Source: Eledone cirrhosa (lineage: Eukaryota). Taken from it: a stretch of DNA of 64,000 nucleotides. The notes under the pieces are model-generated. The model saw only the letters and a program-made list of their open reading frames with translations. It had not been told where the DNA came from and ran no database searches. The translations under genes were made by a program, and so were the position numbers. This document shows, one piece after another, positions 12,549 through 25,183 of the stretch. Numbering within the stretch: position 1 is the first letter of the stretch; each line of letters starts with the position of its first letter. The stretch covers positions 189,286,001 to 189,350,000 of the forward strand of contig OZ024741.1 of assembly GCA_964016885.1 (NCBI GenBank), given 5' to 3'.

Positions 12549-15500
12549 CATCATCATCACCGTTTTACGTCCGTTCTTCCACGCTAGCATGGGTTAGACG
12601 GGTTGTCCTGTTGTGGGCAGTGTCTGGTCGGCTGACCATGCCTTGCTCATACAGGAACTGATCTGGCTTGATTTCTACAGCTGGATGCCCTTCCTAACAC
12701 CAACCTCATTTACAGTGAGTGCTGGGTGCTTTTTCGTGGCGCCTACACGTCCACTTTACAGTGTGGGCTGGGTGCTTTTTTGCCGTGGCACCTCCACGAC
12801 CACCTTGCGGTGGGGGGAGTGGGGGCATATTGTTTATATGCTTCAGCATGTACCCATGGGAGGTCGGGTACCCTGTATTACTGCGTGACGCCAGAAGTCA
12901 CGGTCGTGTGTCATTGACTTTGAGAGGTGTAGTTGGGTAAGGTCGGCTTTTATCACCTCATCCCAAGTCATCTTGGGTCTCCGCACTCCGCGGTTTCCAT
13001 CAACTTCTAGTGCTCTGCACCTTTTTATGCAGCTGTCATCCTTCATACGCATCACATGTCCATACCAGCGTAACCGCCTCTCCTGCACGCAGCATTTGAT
13101 TCCTCTTATGCTCAGTCTCTCTCTCAATTCCTTTATGCTTTGTCGTTCACGTATATTACTGTTACACATCCATCGGAGCATGCAGGCTTCGTTTCTCTCT
13201 AATCTACGTAAGTCTTCCACCTTCAGCGCCCAGGTCTCACTACCATGCAACATCGCTGTTCGGATACACGCATCATACAGTCTGCCTTTCATTCTGAGGG
13301 AGAAGCCTTTTGCAGCTAGCAGTGGTAGTAGTTCCCTAAACTTCTTCCATCCCGTTCTTACCCTAGTTATTGTACTTTCTGAGCACCCACCTCCGTTGCT
13401 AATTCGGTCACCTAGGTAGCAGAAGCTGTCTACTGTTTCTACAGGGCCCTCCCAGAGATTGGTGGTACTTGTTTCCTGTGGCTGTTTGCTTGCTGTTTCA
13501 GCACAGCTGCTGCATGTGAATCCTACATTCTTAATTAAGCTTCCTGAGATCCCGCTACATCTCTTGTGTACCCATTGTTTGCATTTGGGGCAGAGAATGG
13601 AGTTCCTACCTACACCTTTCCTACATACTGAGCAAGGCCATTTCCCTGAGGGGATCTGGGTTCTGTTTTCTCGTCTACTTATAAGGACCTTAGTCTTTGT
13701 CATGTTGACTTTGAGGCCCTTTCTCTCTAGTCCCTGCTTCCAGGTTTGGAATTTATTCTCTAGTTCTACCATAGATTCAGCTATGAGTGCGAGGTCATCA
13801 GCATACAGGAGTTCCCATGGGCATCCGGTCTTAAACTCCTCCGTTATTGCCTGCAGGACTATGATGAACAGGAGAGGGCTAAGAACAGAGCCCTGGTGGA
13901 CCCCAACCTGTACGCTAAATTCCTCGCTATACTCATTGCCAATCCTAACTTTGCTGACTGCTCCCCTATACATGGCTTGTACCGCTTTCACAAGCCATTC
14001 ATCTACTCCTAGTTTTCTAAGAGCCCACCAGATTACTGCACGTGGAACTCTGTCAAAGGCTTTCTCAAGGTCGACAAATGCCAAGTAGAGTGGCTTACTT
14101 TTAGCTAGGTACTTTTCCTGTAATTGCCTCACAAGGAAGAGGGCATCAGTGGTGCCTTTCCCTGGTACAAACCCAAATTGCATCTCGTCTATATTCACCC
14201 GGTCCCTAATCAGCTGTGCTATAACTCTTTCTGTTACTTTCATGACCTGGTCCATCAACTTTATACCTCTATAGTTTCCTCTATCTAGTGCATCGCCTTT
14301 ACCTTTGTAGCAGTTGACAATGATGCTACTGCACCAATCTTTTGGTATGGCCCCCTCTAGTATTACCTGGTTAACGATACGTGTGGTTATAGTGTGACCT
14401 ACAGACCCAGATGCCTTCAGCATCTCGGCAGCTATACCCGATGGACCGGTTGCCTTCCCTATCTTCATATCTCTGATTGCCTTACTTACTACACTGCCGC
14501 TGACTTGTACTGCTGGTCCCTCTATAGGGTCTACGTGGGGTAGGGTCTCTTCTTCCCATGCATTCTCCTCATTTAGTAATCTATCATAATGACTCTTCCA
14601 TGCATCTTTCTTCTCAGCACTTGTGAGGGCAAGCTCACCTTTATCATTCCGGATACACTTCTCTCCAATGACATCACAACTATCTCTGACACACTGCCTC
14701 GCAATCTTGAATACCTCCTGTTTCTGGTCCTCACGTTGTAAAACATGCTTGAATTTTCTATCCTCTGCTTCCCTCCTAGCTAAGTATACTTGTCGCCTAG
14801 CTTCCCTCTTGGTCTCTATGTAATGTACCCTGCTCCCCCCGTTCTTCCATTCTTTCCATGCCTGTCTCTTGGCCTTGACTGCTTCATCTACCTTATTGTT
14901 CCACCACCAAGTCACTCTCCTCCTGCTTGAGGTCTTACTCCAGCCACAAACCTCATCCGTCGCCTCTAGTAAGTTATTTTTTAGGAACTCCCAGTTCTCT
15001 TCTACGTTAAATATCTCTATCTGTTCTTCTTTACTGTCGTAGGCGTTGAGTAAAATATCTTTAAATCTGTTACTGGTTGAGGGGACTTTCAGCTTCCAGA
15101 TCTTTCTTCTCCAGGTTGGCCTCTGTTTCAGGGCTCGTCTAGTTCTGACCGTGAGGTCGCTGACAACTAAGCTATGTTGGGATGTACATTCCTCACTAGG
15201 GAAGGCTTTTGTGTTTACGACCGTCCATCTGTCACGTCCTCTGATGAGGATAAAATCTAACTGACTAGAGTGCTCCCCTGATCTATAGGTGATCAGGTGG
15301 TTGTCGGGTTTTTTAAAGTTTGTGTTACATATCGACATGTCATTGGCGTCGCAGAATTCTAGAAGTCTGAATCCTTCCTCATTCCTTGTGCCAACTCCAT
15401 GGCCTCCATGTACTCTATTGAAGCCGTCGCAGTGTTTACCTACGTGTCCGTTAAAATCTCCTGCAATGATTAGGAAGTCCTTGTCGTCTGTTAGAGCAGT

Positions 15501-15579
15501 AGTGTGTATTAGGGACTCGTAAAACCTATCCTTAAGTTCGTCTGGCAGCCCCGATTGGGGTGCGTAAGCTGATATTATT
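12549..15579 (-). mobile_element. RTE LINE family A, 5'-truncated, open APE-RT frame
   Basis: ORF 12843-15338 stays open upstream to IISAYAPQ; IAGDFNGH, LYADD; (GAT)n tail; candidate TSD gtgtaat at 12542-48 and 15580-86. Confidence 0.95.
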
Positions 15580-15772
15580 GTGTAATATGAAATATAAACA
15601 CCTTTATAGGATGTGATTAGAAATCTAGTCTACTCTTATGTCTCATGAGAATCACTGGCAATTTAGCAGCTACTTAACCACCTGCAGATACAGGATTATG
15701 TTAGGTACTTTACTTGCTAAACTGTAGTTGCTAAACTGTCTTTGATTCTCATGGGACATGAGAGCAGCTTAA

Positions 15773-15971
15773 TCCTTTATCATTTACATTACTCTATATT
15801 TACTACTGTATTTTTGCAGTAAAGGCTTTATATCACATAATATCGAATCTATGAGATTTTGATATTATTTATTTTGAGAACAATACCTTAACATCAATAT
15901 TAGTGGCCAGTTACAGCTGGTTTGAGGTGAGAGAATTCTGTCCGGATATGGCCGGTTTAAATGCTAAAGGG
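15773..15971. mobile_element. piggyBac-like MITE
   Basis: TTAA flanks; homologous to 1137-1344. Confidence 0.75.
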
Positions 15972-16254
15972 TTAAATTGTTGCGTTTATCCAGTAAAAAT
16001 CTATATATAAATGTTTTTTGACAGTTAAATTTGTATAATGAGTAAGACAGTCACTCTGTAAGCAATGGTTGCATGATTTGATTCTGTAGCACACCATATA
16101 TAAAATTAAAATTGCAAAGTTAAAATAATAAATTTAGCTAGGATAAAAGTATGCCTATTCAAAATATGATTATAACTTTGTTTTTTATTGTAATCCCATC
16201 TACATAGTGTCATGGTTCTCTACTTAAGTAATATACATGGTCAACTTTGTAATA

Positions 16255-16490
16255 ATGATTTCTACTATAGGCACAAGGCCAGTAAATTTCTACTATAGGC
16301 ACAAGGCCAGTAAATTTGGGGGAGGGGAAAGTAGATTAAATTGACCCCAGAACTTGCTTTATTTTATCAACCCCATAAGGATGAAAGGCAAAGCTAACCT
16401 CAGCAGGGTTTAAACTCAGAACGTAAAGGGCCGTAACTCTATGCTGCAAAGCATGTTGTCCGATGCTCTACTGATACCAATCCACCGCCA
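16255..16490 (-). mobile_element. SINE family 2 with a short internal tandem duplication
   Basis: Homologous to 9442; ttctactataggcacaaggccagtaaat occurs twice. Confidence 0.8.
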
Positions 16491-16606
16491 TCAACTTTGT
16501 TACAATGATATATAAATATAAGGAGCTCTACTCTGATTACTCTTATACTACTGATAAAGTAGCCATCACTACTGTCTTTCTGGAACTAGGAGTGAGTAAA
16601 CAAATC

Positions 16607-16653
16607 CTGATGATGGCTTAAGCAGAAGCTGAAACTCATCTGTTAGCTGACTC
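16607..16653 (+). ncRNA. Degenerate hammerhead-ribozyme-like motif
   Basis: CTGATGA-t-ggctt/aagct stem II-GAAA; stems I and III poor. Confidence 0.4.
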
Positions 16654-16981
16654 AATCCATGATCCTGACTCCTGAGAGCCCTTTGGTTTAAACAACGAAG
16701 TATATTTTCATAAATATGATTATTTAGCACATGATCATAACTTTATTTCCAATTTTAATAATTCTGTTTGTATGCACACACAACAATAACATTACAAATG
16801 GAAACTTAGTAAATTAGAGGTGAAAATCTTTTGAAAAGCTGATTTAAGTGAAACCAGTCAAGTACAAAAACTATTCTTTTTGGTGTGAAAAAATGTTTTT
16901 ATGTTGTGTACTATACATTTAAAATGTTTATAAATAAAAACATAGGTGATTTTTTTCAAATCTTTATCATCTTATATATAT

Positions 16982-17722
16982 ATCATCATCATATCATCAT
17001 TATCGTTTAACGTCCATCTTCAACGCTTGCATGGATTTGGACGGGAGTTTTCCCACTTGAGGCAAGAGTGGTTATCTTGCTCGCATAGGACTGTCTGGCG
17101 GGTTTTCTACGGCTGGATGCCCTTCCTAACACCAACCACGTTTACAGTGTGGACTGGGAGGTTTTTACCGTATTACCTACACGGCCACATTACAGCGTGG
17201 ACTGTGTGTTTTTTTGTCGTGACACCTACACGGCCTCATTTGTTTCGGATTGGATGTTGTGGTACCAACATAACTTTACATTGAAAGGGGTGGTGTGGAT
17301 GGGGTGGGGGTAGTGGGACGGGGGTGTAATTTTGTTAGGGGTGCCTACTGACTGTAGTAGGTTTCACTTTGTACTTAGGTAAGGCGGGTCTTCTGTATTA
17401 CTGTGTAGCGCCAAAGATCTCGGTCCAGTGACATTGTCTTGGAGTGGTGTAAGTGTGTGAGATCGGAATTTATCAAGTCGTCCCAGGTTTTTCTGGGTCT
17501 GCCTACTCTGTGGCTACCGTCTATTTTTATTGCCGTGCACTTTTTTATACAGCTGTCGTCTTTCATGCGCATCACGTGACCATACCAACGTAGCCTTCTC
17601 TTGAGTAAACAACATCTGATCCCTCTTATTTCTAATTTCTCCCTTAGTTCGTTTATGCTTTGCCGTTCATGTATATTACTATTACACATCCAGCAGAGCA
17701 TGCAAGCTTCGTTCCTCTCCAT
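16982..17722 (-). mobile_element. RTE family B' 3' fragment
   Basis: ERNEACML..RRLRWYGHV..GRPRKTW plus 3'UTR; (TA)n on both sides. Confidence 0.9.
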
Positions 17723-17844
17723 ATATATATCTATATGTGTGTATATATATAAGATGTTAAAGATTTGAAAAAAATCACCTATGTTTTTATTTATATATAT
17801 TTTACATGTATAGTACACAACATAAAATTTTTTCACATATACAT

Positions 17845-18170
17845 ATCATCATCATCATCTCAATTTAACATCAATTTTTCCATGTTAGCATGGGTTAGAC
17901 AAGTTATCTTGTTATGAGCAATGCCAGGCCAGGTGACCATGTTTTCCTCTTACAGAACCGATTTTGGTTTGGTTTCTACAGCTGGGTGCCCTTCCTATTG
18001 CCAACCTCATTTATAGTGTGCACTGAGTGCTTTTTGTCGTGACGACTACAAGACCACTTTACAGTGTGGACAGGGTACTTTTTGCCATGACACCTACACG
18101 ACCACTTTACACTGTAGGCTGGGCGCTTTTTTACTGTGTCGTCGTAACGACCGCTTTACTGTGTGGGCAG
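17845..18170 (-). mobile_element. Older RTE/SINE 3'UTR fragment
   Basis: (CAT)n tail and ctgggtgcccttcc module. Confidence 0.65.
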
Positions 18171-18477
18171 GAGGCTTCTCTGTATGTATGCTTCAGACTA
18201 TATTCATGGCTATTTATGAGAGTAGTGGTGTGAGGTGACGTGTTAAATACTATTTATGTACTCCCCCACCCATATATAAGTACATACTTACCTATGTGTC
18301 AGAGAGTGGTACTACTGATACCACCTGCCCAGTGACACAACTGCAATAGAAGTACCTAGAAAAGAGAAAACCTCTATAATTAGCACTTATCAACCTAGGA
18401 ACAGCACTTGGCAGAATCCCAAACTCTGTGATTTAATGGTTTCTTAGGTAGCTAAGGAGAGATGTGTGTGTGTGTGT

Positions 18478-18910
18478 CATCATCATCATCACCGTTTTAC
18501 GTCCGTTCTTCCACGCAAGCATGGGTTAGACGGGTTATCCTATTGTGGGCAGTGTCCAGTCGACTGACCTTGTCTTGCTCATACGGGAACTGATTCTGGC
18601 TTGATTTCTACAGCTGGATGCCCTTCCTAACACCAACCTCATTTTACAGTGAGTGCTGGGTGCTTTTTTTCCATGGCGCCTACACGTCCACTTTACAGTG
18701 TGGGCTCGGTGCTTTTTTACCATGGCACCTCCACGACCCACTTTGCAGTGGAATGATATGAACTCCAGTCCCTATCATCTCATTTCAACAGCTGAGTAAA
18801 CTGGAGCAATGTGAAATAAAGTGTCTTGCTCAAGAAAATAACACATCACCCGGTCCGAGAATTGAACTCACAACCTTTCGATTGCAAGCCCAATGCTCTA
18901 ACTACTAAGC

Positions 18911-18915
<5 letters not shown>
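18478..18915 (-). mobile_element. SINE family 1 carrying an RTE family A tail
   Basis: Head and body as in 38629-38974; tail 18478-18590 matches 12549-12660. Confidence 0.85.
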
Positions 18916-18981
<66 letters not shown>

Positions 18982-18984
<3 letters not shown>

Positions 18985-19802
18985 GTTGTATGATGCCTGC
19001 ATACGAATAGCAATGTTGCATGGCAGTGAGACCTGGGCATTGTGTGCAGAGGATATACGCAGACTAGAGAGGAACGAAGCTTGCATGCTCCGCTGGATGT
19101 GTAATAGTAATATACGTGAACGGCAAAGCATAAACGAACTAAGGAAAAAATTAGAAATAAGAGGGATCAGATGTTGTTTACTCGAGAGAAGGCTACGTTG
19201 GTATGGACACGTGATGCGCATGAAAGTCGATAGCTGTATAACAAAGTGCAGGGCAATAAAGATAGACGGTAGCCACGGAATAGGCAGACCTAGAAAAACC
19301 TGGGACGAGCTGATAAACTCCGACCTCACACACTTACACCTCTCCAAGACAATGTCACTGGACCGAGACCTTTGGCAGTACTCAGTAATAGAGAAGACCC
19401 GCCTTACCTAAATACAAAGTAAAACCTACTACAGTCAGTAGGCATCTCTAACAAAATACACCCCCGTCCCACCCACCCCCACCCCATCCACACCATCCCC
19501 TTCTATGTAAAGTTATGTTGGTGTCACACCATCCAGGCCGAAACAAATGAGATCGTGTAGGTGTCACGACAAAAAAACACACAGTCCACGCTGTAATGTG
19601 GCCGTGTAGGCAACACGGTAAAAACCTCCCAGCCCCACACTGTAAATGTGGTTGGTGTTAGGAAGGGCATCCAGCTGTAGAAAACCCGCCAGACATTCCT
19701 ATGCGAGCAAGACAATCACTCTTGCCTCAAGTGGGAATACCCCCGTCCAAACCCATGCAAGCGTGGAACACGGACGTTAAACGTTGATGATGACGATGAT
19801 GA

Positions 19803-19806
<4 letters not shown>
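18982..19806 (+). mobile_element. RTE family B 3' fragment
   Basis: RLYDACIR..IEKTRLT*, 3'UTR, (GAT)n; (TA)n on both sides. Confidence 0.92.
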
Positions 19807-19897
<91 letters not shown>

Positions 19898-19901
<4 letters not shown>

Positions 19902-19993
19902 TCATCATCATACGTCCGCTTTTCTCTGCTTGCAAGGGTGGGACAGGAACTGATTCTGGCTTGATTTCTACAGCTGGATGCCCTTCCTAACAC
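19898..19993 (-). mobile_element. SINE family 1 tail fragment
   Basis: Matches 46450-46550. Confidence 0.8.
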
Positions 19994-20008
19994 TATATAT
20001 ATATATAT

Positions 20009-20116
20009 AAATGGCTTCTACAGGACTAGAACTGTTTTATTCGAAGGAAATCATCAGGAAAGCTTTCCTGATGATTTCCTTTGAATGAAACAGTTCTAGT
20101 CCTGTAGAAGCCATTT
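20009..20116. repeat. Loopless palindrome, 54-bp arms, centred on AAGCTT
   Basis: Arms are reverse-complementary with 2 mismatches. Confidence 0.95.
20062..20111 (+). ncRNA. Type I hammerhead ribozyme motif
   Basis: gctttc-CTGATGA-stem II (ttc/gaa)-GAAA-cag..ctg-TA-gaagc. Confidence 0.7.
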
Positions 20117-20198
20117 CTATATTAAACATATTCTGCTATGTATTGAGTACTTTACTTACTGTGGTCGACCACGATTGAACCCAGGTTTCACTCACACG

Positions 20199-20941
20199 CA
20201 TCATCATCATCATCATCATCATCATCATTTTACGTCCGCTTTTCCCTGCTTGCAAGGGTGGGACGGGTCTTATTCAGCACAGCATCTCTCCACTCGTCAC
20301 GGTCCCTCGTCATCTCCACCGTGAGCTTCAATGATCTGAGGTCTGTTCTCACCACCTCCGCCCATGTTTTTCGTGGTCTACCTCTACCACGTCTTCCTTC
20401 AACTGGCATTTCCTGGCACTTCTTCACCCATCGGTCATCCTCCATGCGCATCACATGTCCATACCACCTCAGTCTCCTCTCCCGTACACTACATTCTATC
20501 CCTCTCAGACACAGTTTCTCTCTCAACACATTTATGCTGGGTCGTTCACGCACATTTACACTGCACATCCAACGGAGCATGCTTGCCTCATTTCTCTCCA
20601 GCCGTCGCATATCTTCTGCGGTAGCTGCCCATGTCTCACTACCATGCAGCATCGCGCTCCTCACACAGGCATCATACAACCGGCCTTTCGTACGCAGGGA
20701 GAAACCCTTCTTCGTCAACAGAGGAAGCAGCTCCCTAAACTTCTTCCAACCCGTCCTTATTCTAGATACTATGGCCTCGGAACACCCTCCTCCCATGCTA
20801 ATCTGATCTCCTAGGTACCGGAAGCTATCCACCACTTCTATAGCGCCCTCTCGCATTTGAAAAATGTGTCTATCAGTGCGACTTCTACTGTCTAATTTCC
20901 CTGTACATCTACTGCATACATATTTCTCCCTACCTGTTAGT

Positions 20942-20946
<5 letters not shown>
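20199..20946 (-). mobile_element. RTE family C 3' fragment
   Basis: ORF ends KTRPTLASREKRT* directly before (GAT)n. Confidence 0.92.
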
Positions 20947-21005
<59 letters not shown>

Positions 21006-21164
21006 GTGGTGTGTGGTAGAACACTGGGAGGTTATATCCGTAGTAAGTAGTGCACTCAGGCTTTACGATGAGTTTGGTATAAAGTTAGTACCACAACATA
21101 TTAGCAAACCATCTTCGAGGACACATACTACCTTACTCGAGTTGAAAATCTGTTAGGGGAAACA

Positions 21165-21321
21165 CATCATCATCATTTTACATCCGCTTTTCCTTGCTTG
21201 CAAGGGTGGGATGGGTCCTCTTCAACACAGTATATCTCCATTTGTCATGTTCCATTGTCATCTCTTCTGTGAGCTTCATCGATCTGTGGTCAGCTCTCAC
21301 CACCTCTGCCCATGTTTTTCA
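21165..21321 (-). mobile_element. RTE family C-like short 3' fragment
   Basis: Similar to 20220-20371. Confidence 0.8.
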
Positions 21322-22075
21322 TAGAAGAAACTCAAGCATAGAAATAATTGTAAAACAGCCAGCTTAGAGAATCGGATAAACAATACTTTATGGACAGAAA
21401 AGCATCCAGAGAAGAAGAGAGAGAGAAGTCAAAAGGGAAAGAAAGAGAGAAGAAAGGGATAGATAGATATAGGAAATGACAAGAAATATGTTGATGCGGA
21501 GAAGTAAGAATGGAATATTAGTGGAGAAGTGGAAAAGGAAGTTTGTATAACATATGTAGTGAAAAGCATCAAAATTACCTCAACAGCTCTCAATCATGCA
21601 TTTTACGCTAGCCCACATAACAGAACAAATATTTCTGTTGGTGTGATGCATGTAGGGTGACAACAAGACAAGACAAAACAAAACAAAGGAGCAGTAGAAG
21701 CGCGTCTGACCTGGGCTGTGACAGGCAGGAAAAGGGCAGTCTTGTCTTCTAGTGTGGGCGAATTACATGCAAATTAGTATGTCCATTTCAGAATAATACT
21801 GAGAGTGATTGGGTATATATACCCATCAAATACATGTTTTCTTTTGGTTGATTGATAAAATACATGCTTGATATTATTCTTATCGAATTAGATTTGAAAA
21901 TCAATTAAAGGTGTTTATCATTTTCTCAATTTACTGAGAAATTCGTATTTTCTGGTATGTTTACACATTTACTTATTAGGTATGTATATATTTATGCATG
22001 TTGGTGCAGTCTCGGTTACACATTCTGTATTTATACAGATATAACTTTATCATACATTTCAGCTGCTAACACAAT

Positions 22076-22106
<31 letters not shown>

Positions 22107-22120
22107 CTATATATATATGT

Positions 22121-22428
22121 GTGTAGAGGAATGAAGGAAAGAGCATAAAGGATAAAATAAAAATAACAACACGAGAGAGAGTTACCTTGGGAGAGATTTA
22201 ATTGTCCCTATATATTTCGGATTCACTTCCATCAACTGGGATTTTTTTCCGGGGTGGAAGAAAGGTGCCTTTCCGACAGACAACCTTTCCCCCACCCCGG
22301 AAAAAAACCCCAGTTGATGGATGTGAATCCGAAATATATAGGGACAATTAAATCTCTCCCAAGGTAACTCTCTCTCGTGTTGTTATTTTTATTTTATCCT
22401 TTATGCTCTTTCCTTCATTCCTCTACAC
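22121..22428. repeat. Inverted repeat, 146-bp arms, 16-nt spacer, in a (TA)n-flanked cassette extending to ~22603
   Basis: 22121-22266 vs 22283-22428, few mismatches. Confidence 0.95.
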
Positions 22429-23120
22429 GTCTTATACACGCCACGCATCTCAACGTACACCCCACTTACATCTCTCTCTCCACCACCGGATCTTGTTACC
22501 CGGAGATTTACCCATTTGCATTGTCGAGGCTTCCAAACGACTTAAATTAAAGAAATTTACCTTATTATTCCACAATGCTTCAAGCAAACTTCAATACTCT
22601 CTTATATATATATATATATAAATATAAAGATTTACATATACATAAAGTCACAGATATATATATGTTGCAACCGGTCACGTTGTGGCTCAATAAAGAATTA
22701 ATAAATTAAATAATCAGAGCAATATATCATAAATCATGACCTTAGAATTATTAGATAAAATGTATACCATTTCCTCTCCCAATTAGCATAATTAACCATA
22801 CAAAAAATCAATTAGACCAGGCTATAAGAATAAAGGCTCCTATGAAGAAATTTTCGACAAATAACCGAAAGTGGCCTCTTCGCGGTGGCCCCAATAGAGT
22901 ATTTATTCAACATTTCAACAGTATGTAGAAACTGACTAATATACTGTCAACCATACACAATTAGGTGTAAATTCAAACTTAGAAGAAATGTGTACATACC
23001 GTAATTATATATATATTTATTATTTATTATTATTGCTCTACGGTTCTTATATATTTGATATATATTATATTTATCCTTATCGAGCCCGCTTTGGATTTTA
23101 GTCTTCAAATTTATTATTAT

Positions 23121-23180
<60 letters not shown>

Positions 23181-23217
23181 CTGATATAATAAATCAGTAT
23201 ATTTGCTTTTCTTGTAG

Positions 23218-23362
23218 GGAAAGTTTTCGGGATAATTTAGAAAGTTGGTGTAAGTTCTACAACAGCAAAGAACCTCATTTAGAAGACCTTCCAGGAAAAT
23301 GGCATTCTAATCTGAACCAGTTTCAAAAATTAATTGTCTTGCGTTGTCTCAGACCTGACAAA
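23218..23362 (+). CDS. DNAH12: Dynein heavy chain exon (ESFRDNLESW..LIVLRCLRPDK)
   Basis: cttgtag acceptor, gtaaga donor; 145 nt; phase fits both neighbours. Confidence 0.92.
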
Positions 23363-23394
23363 GTAAGATTAATTTAAATTCTCATTGTCTATAT

Positions 23395-23565
23395 ACATTA
23401 ACCTTGGTCTTCCTCTTCCAGTGTGTCCATGTAGGGGCTCCCACAGGAGCACTGAGTGCAATGTCAACTCTGGATGTCGGTGACGCAGGACATGGCAGCG
23501 ATAATGAGGGACAGAGACCGCTGGAGAGAACTCGTCCATGGATCTCAGGAATTTTACCCGCCCTA
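23395..23565 (-). mobile_element. Old RTE-type RT C-terminal fragment
   Basis: HVLRHRHPE..VLLWEPLHGHTGRGRPRLMYID. Confidence 0.65.
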
Positions 23566-24159
23566 GAAAATTGTCTATATTCTTGTAAATGTGTATTTGT
23601 GAATATATGTGTGTATTATCATCATCATTTAATGTCCATTTTTCCATGTTTGATTAGGTTGGATGGGCCATCACAGACCAATTCAGTACTTAAAGTTACT
23701 GTCATCCCAGTCAGGCCAGAGGCCACATCTTGCTTGCATGCGTTCTGGTTTGGGCATGGTTTCTACAGCTGGATTCCCATCTTATCACCAGCCACTTTAC
23801 ACAATGCATTGGCTGTATTTTATTTTGGCACCTGCACTAGGGAAGGTGTCATATTCTTAAAACCACTTTGTTTTGAACAGTTCCTATTGTTGGATGCTTT
23901 TTTTAACACCACCCACTTTACAGAGTCCAATGGGTACATTTTATTGTGGAACCAGCACTAGGGATGATGTTGGTCATTGACTTGACTAAAGTGACATCTT
24001 TTAAGTTATTGGATGGGAGGATGCCTTGTTCTGGCCTGTTTGAAAAATCAGTAGCTCTGCTTGAGTTCTGACCCAGTCTATGACTATCCATCCAATCCTT
24101 GCCAGCAGGGAAAATGGATGTTAAATGATGATGATGATGATGATGACATATACCTCCCC

Positions 24160-24166
<7 letters not shown>

Positions 24167-24210
<44 letters not shown>

Positions 24211-24270
24211 TCCATGTATGTATGTATCCATGTATGTATGTATGTATCTATGTATATGTATATGTATGTA

Positions 24271-24343
<73 letters not shown>

Positions 24344-24348
24344 GTATC

Positions 24349-24427
<79 letters not shown>

Positions 24428-24455
24428 GCTTTTAAAGATTGTATATATATATATG
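24167..24455. repeat. Compound (TA)/(TATG) microsatellite
   Basis: Seen directly. Confidence 0.9.
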
Positions 24456-24777
24456 TATATTGTACTTATTTCACCCAGTAAGTATTTGTCTTTTTATTAG
24501 TCAACATCAAACAATCGCTTTCATTGTTGGTCTAGCTATAATGTCTGGCTAAAGCTATTTTCAATATTTATGAAGCTTTTGTTTGTTTACTATATGTGCG
24601 AGGGGAGGTCTATGAAGTGATGATGGTGTAGACTTTATTTTGCTTGTAAAGGGAAACCCCGATAAGACTTCTATTACAAAACAACAAAAACAAAGAGATA
24701 ACAAGATATCTTCTGAGACACTGGAAATCTTTCTTCTCGTATCAATGTTTAAAAAGCAACCTATTCTCTAATAAAAT

Positions 24778-24835
<58 letters not shown>

Positions 24836-24846
24836 TATATAGATAG

Positions 24847-24894
<48 letters not shown>

Positions 24895-24950
24895 ATATAT
24901 GTATATATTTATATATATATATATATAATTATATATGTGTGTATGTGTGT

Positions 24951-25183
24951 GAAGGCGTGTGGCTGAGTGGTTAGAGAATTGGATTCGCAATCGTGAAGTT
25001 GTGAGTTCGATTCCTGGACCAGGTGATGCGTTATGTCCTTAAGCAAGACACTTTATTTCACGTTGCTCCTTCTACCTGGAGTTGCGACCGATAGATAGTA
25101 TTAGCAATTGGAAAGACCAACGGAAACATTGTTTCCTCGGTCCGATTTGACGAAAGTCGATCGCTAGAAAAAAAAAAAAAAAA
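24951..25183 (+). mobile_element. SINE family 1 head joined to an unrelated ~100-nt segment and A16
   Basis: tRNA-like head and body to ~25069, then novel CpG-rich sequence and poly(A). Confidence 0.6.

Noticed and set aside
12973-14088. Antisense ORFs over RTE copies
   Set aside because: Shadows of the opposite-strand RT frame with no independent motifs
24061-24500. YIYI/VCVC-type ORFs here and elsewhere
   Set aside because: Translations of (TA)n and (TG)n microsatellites
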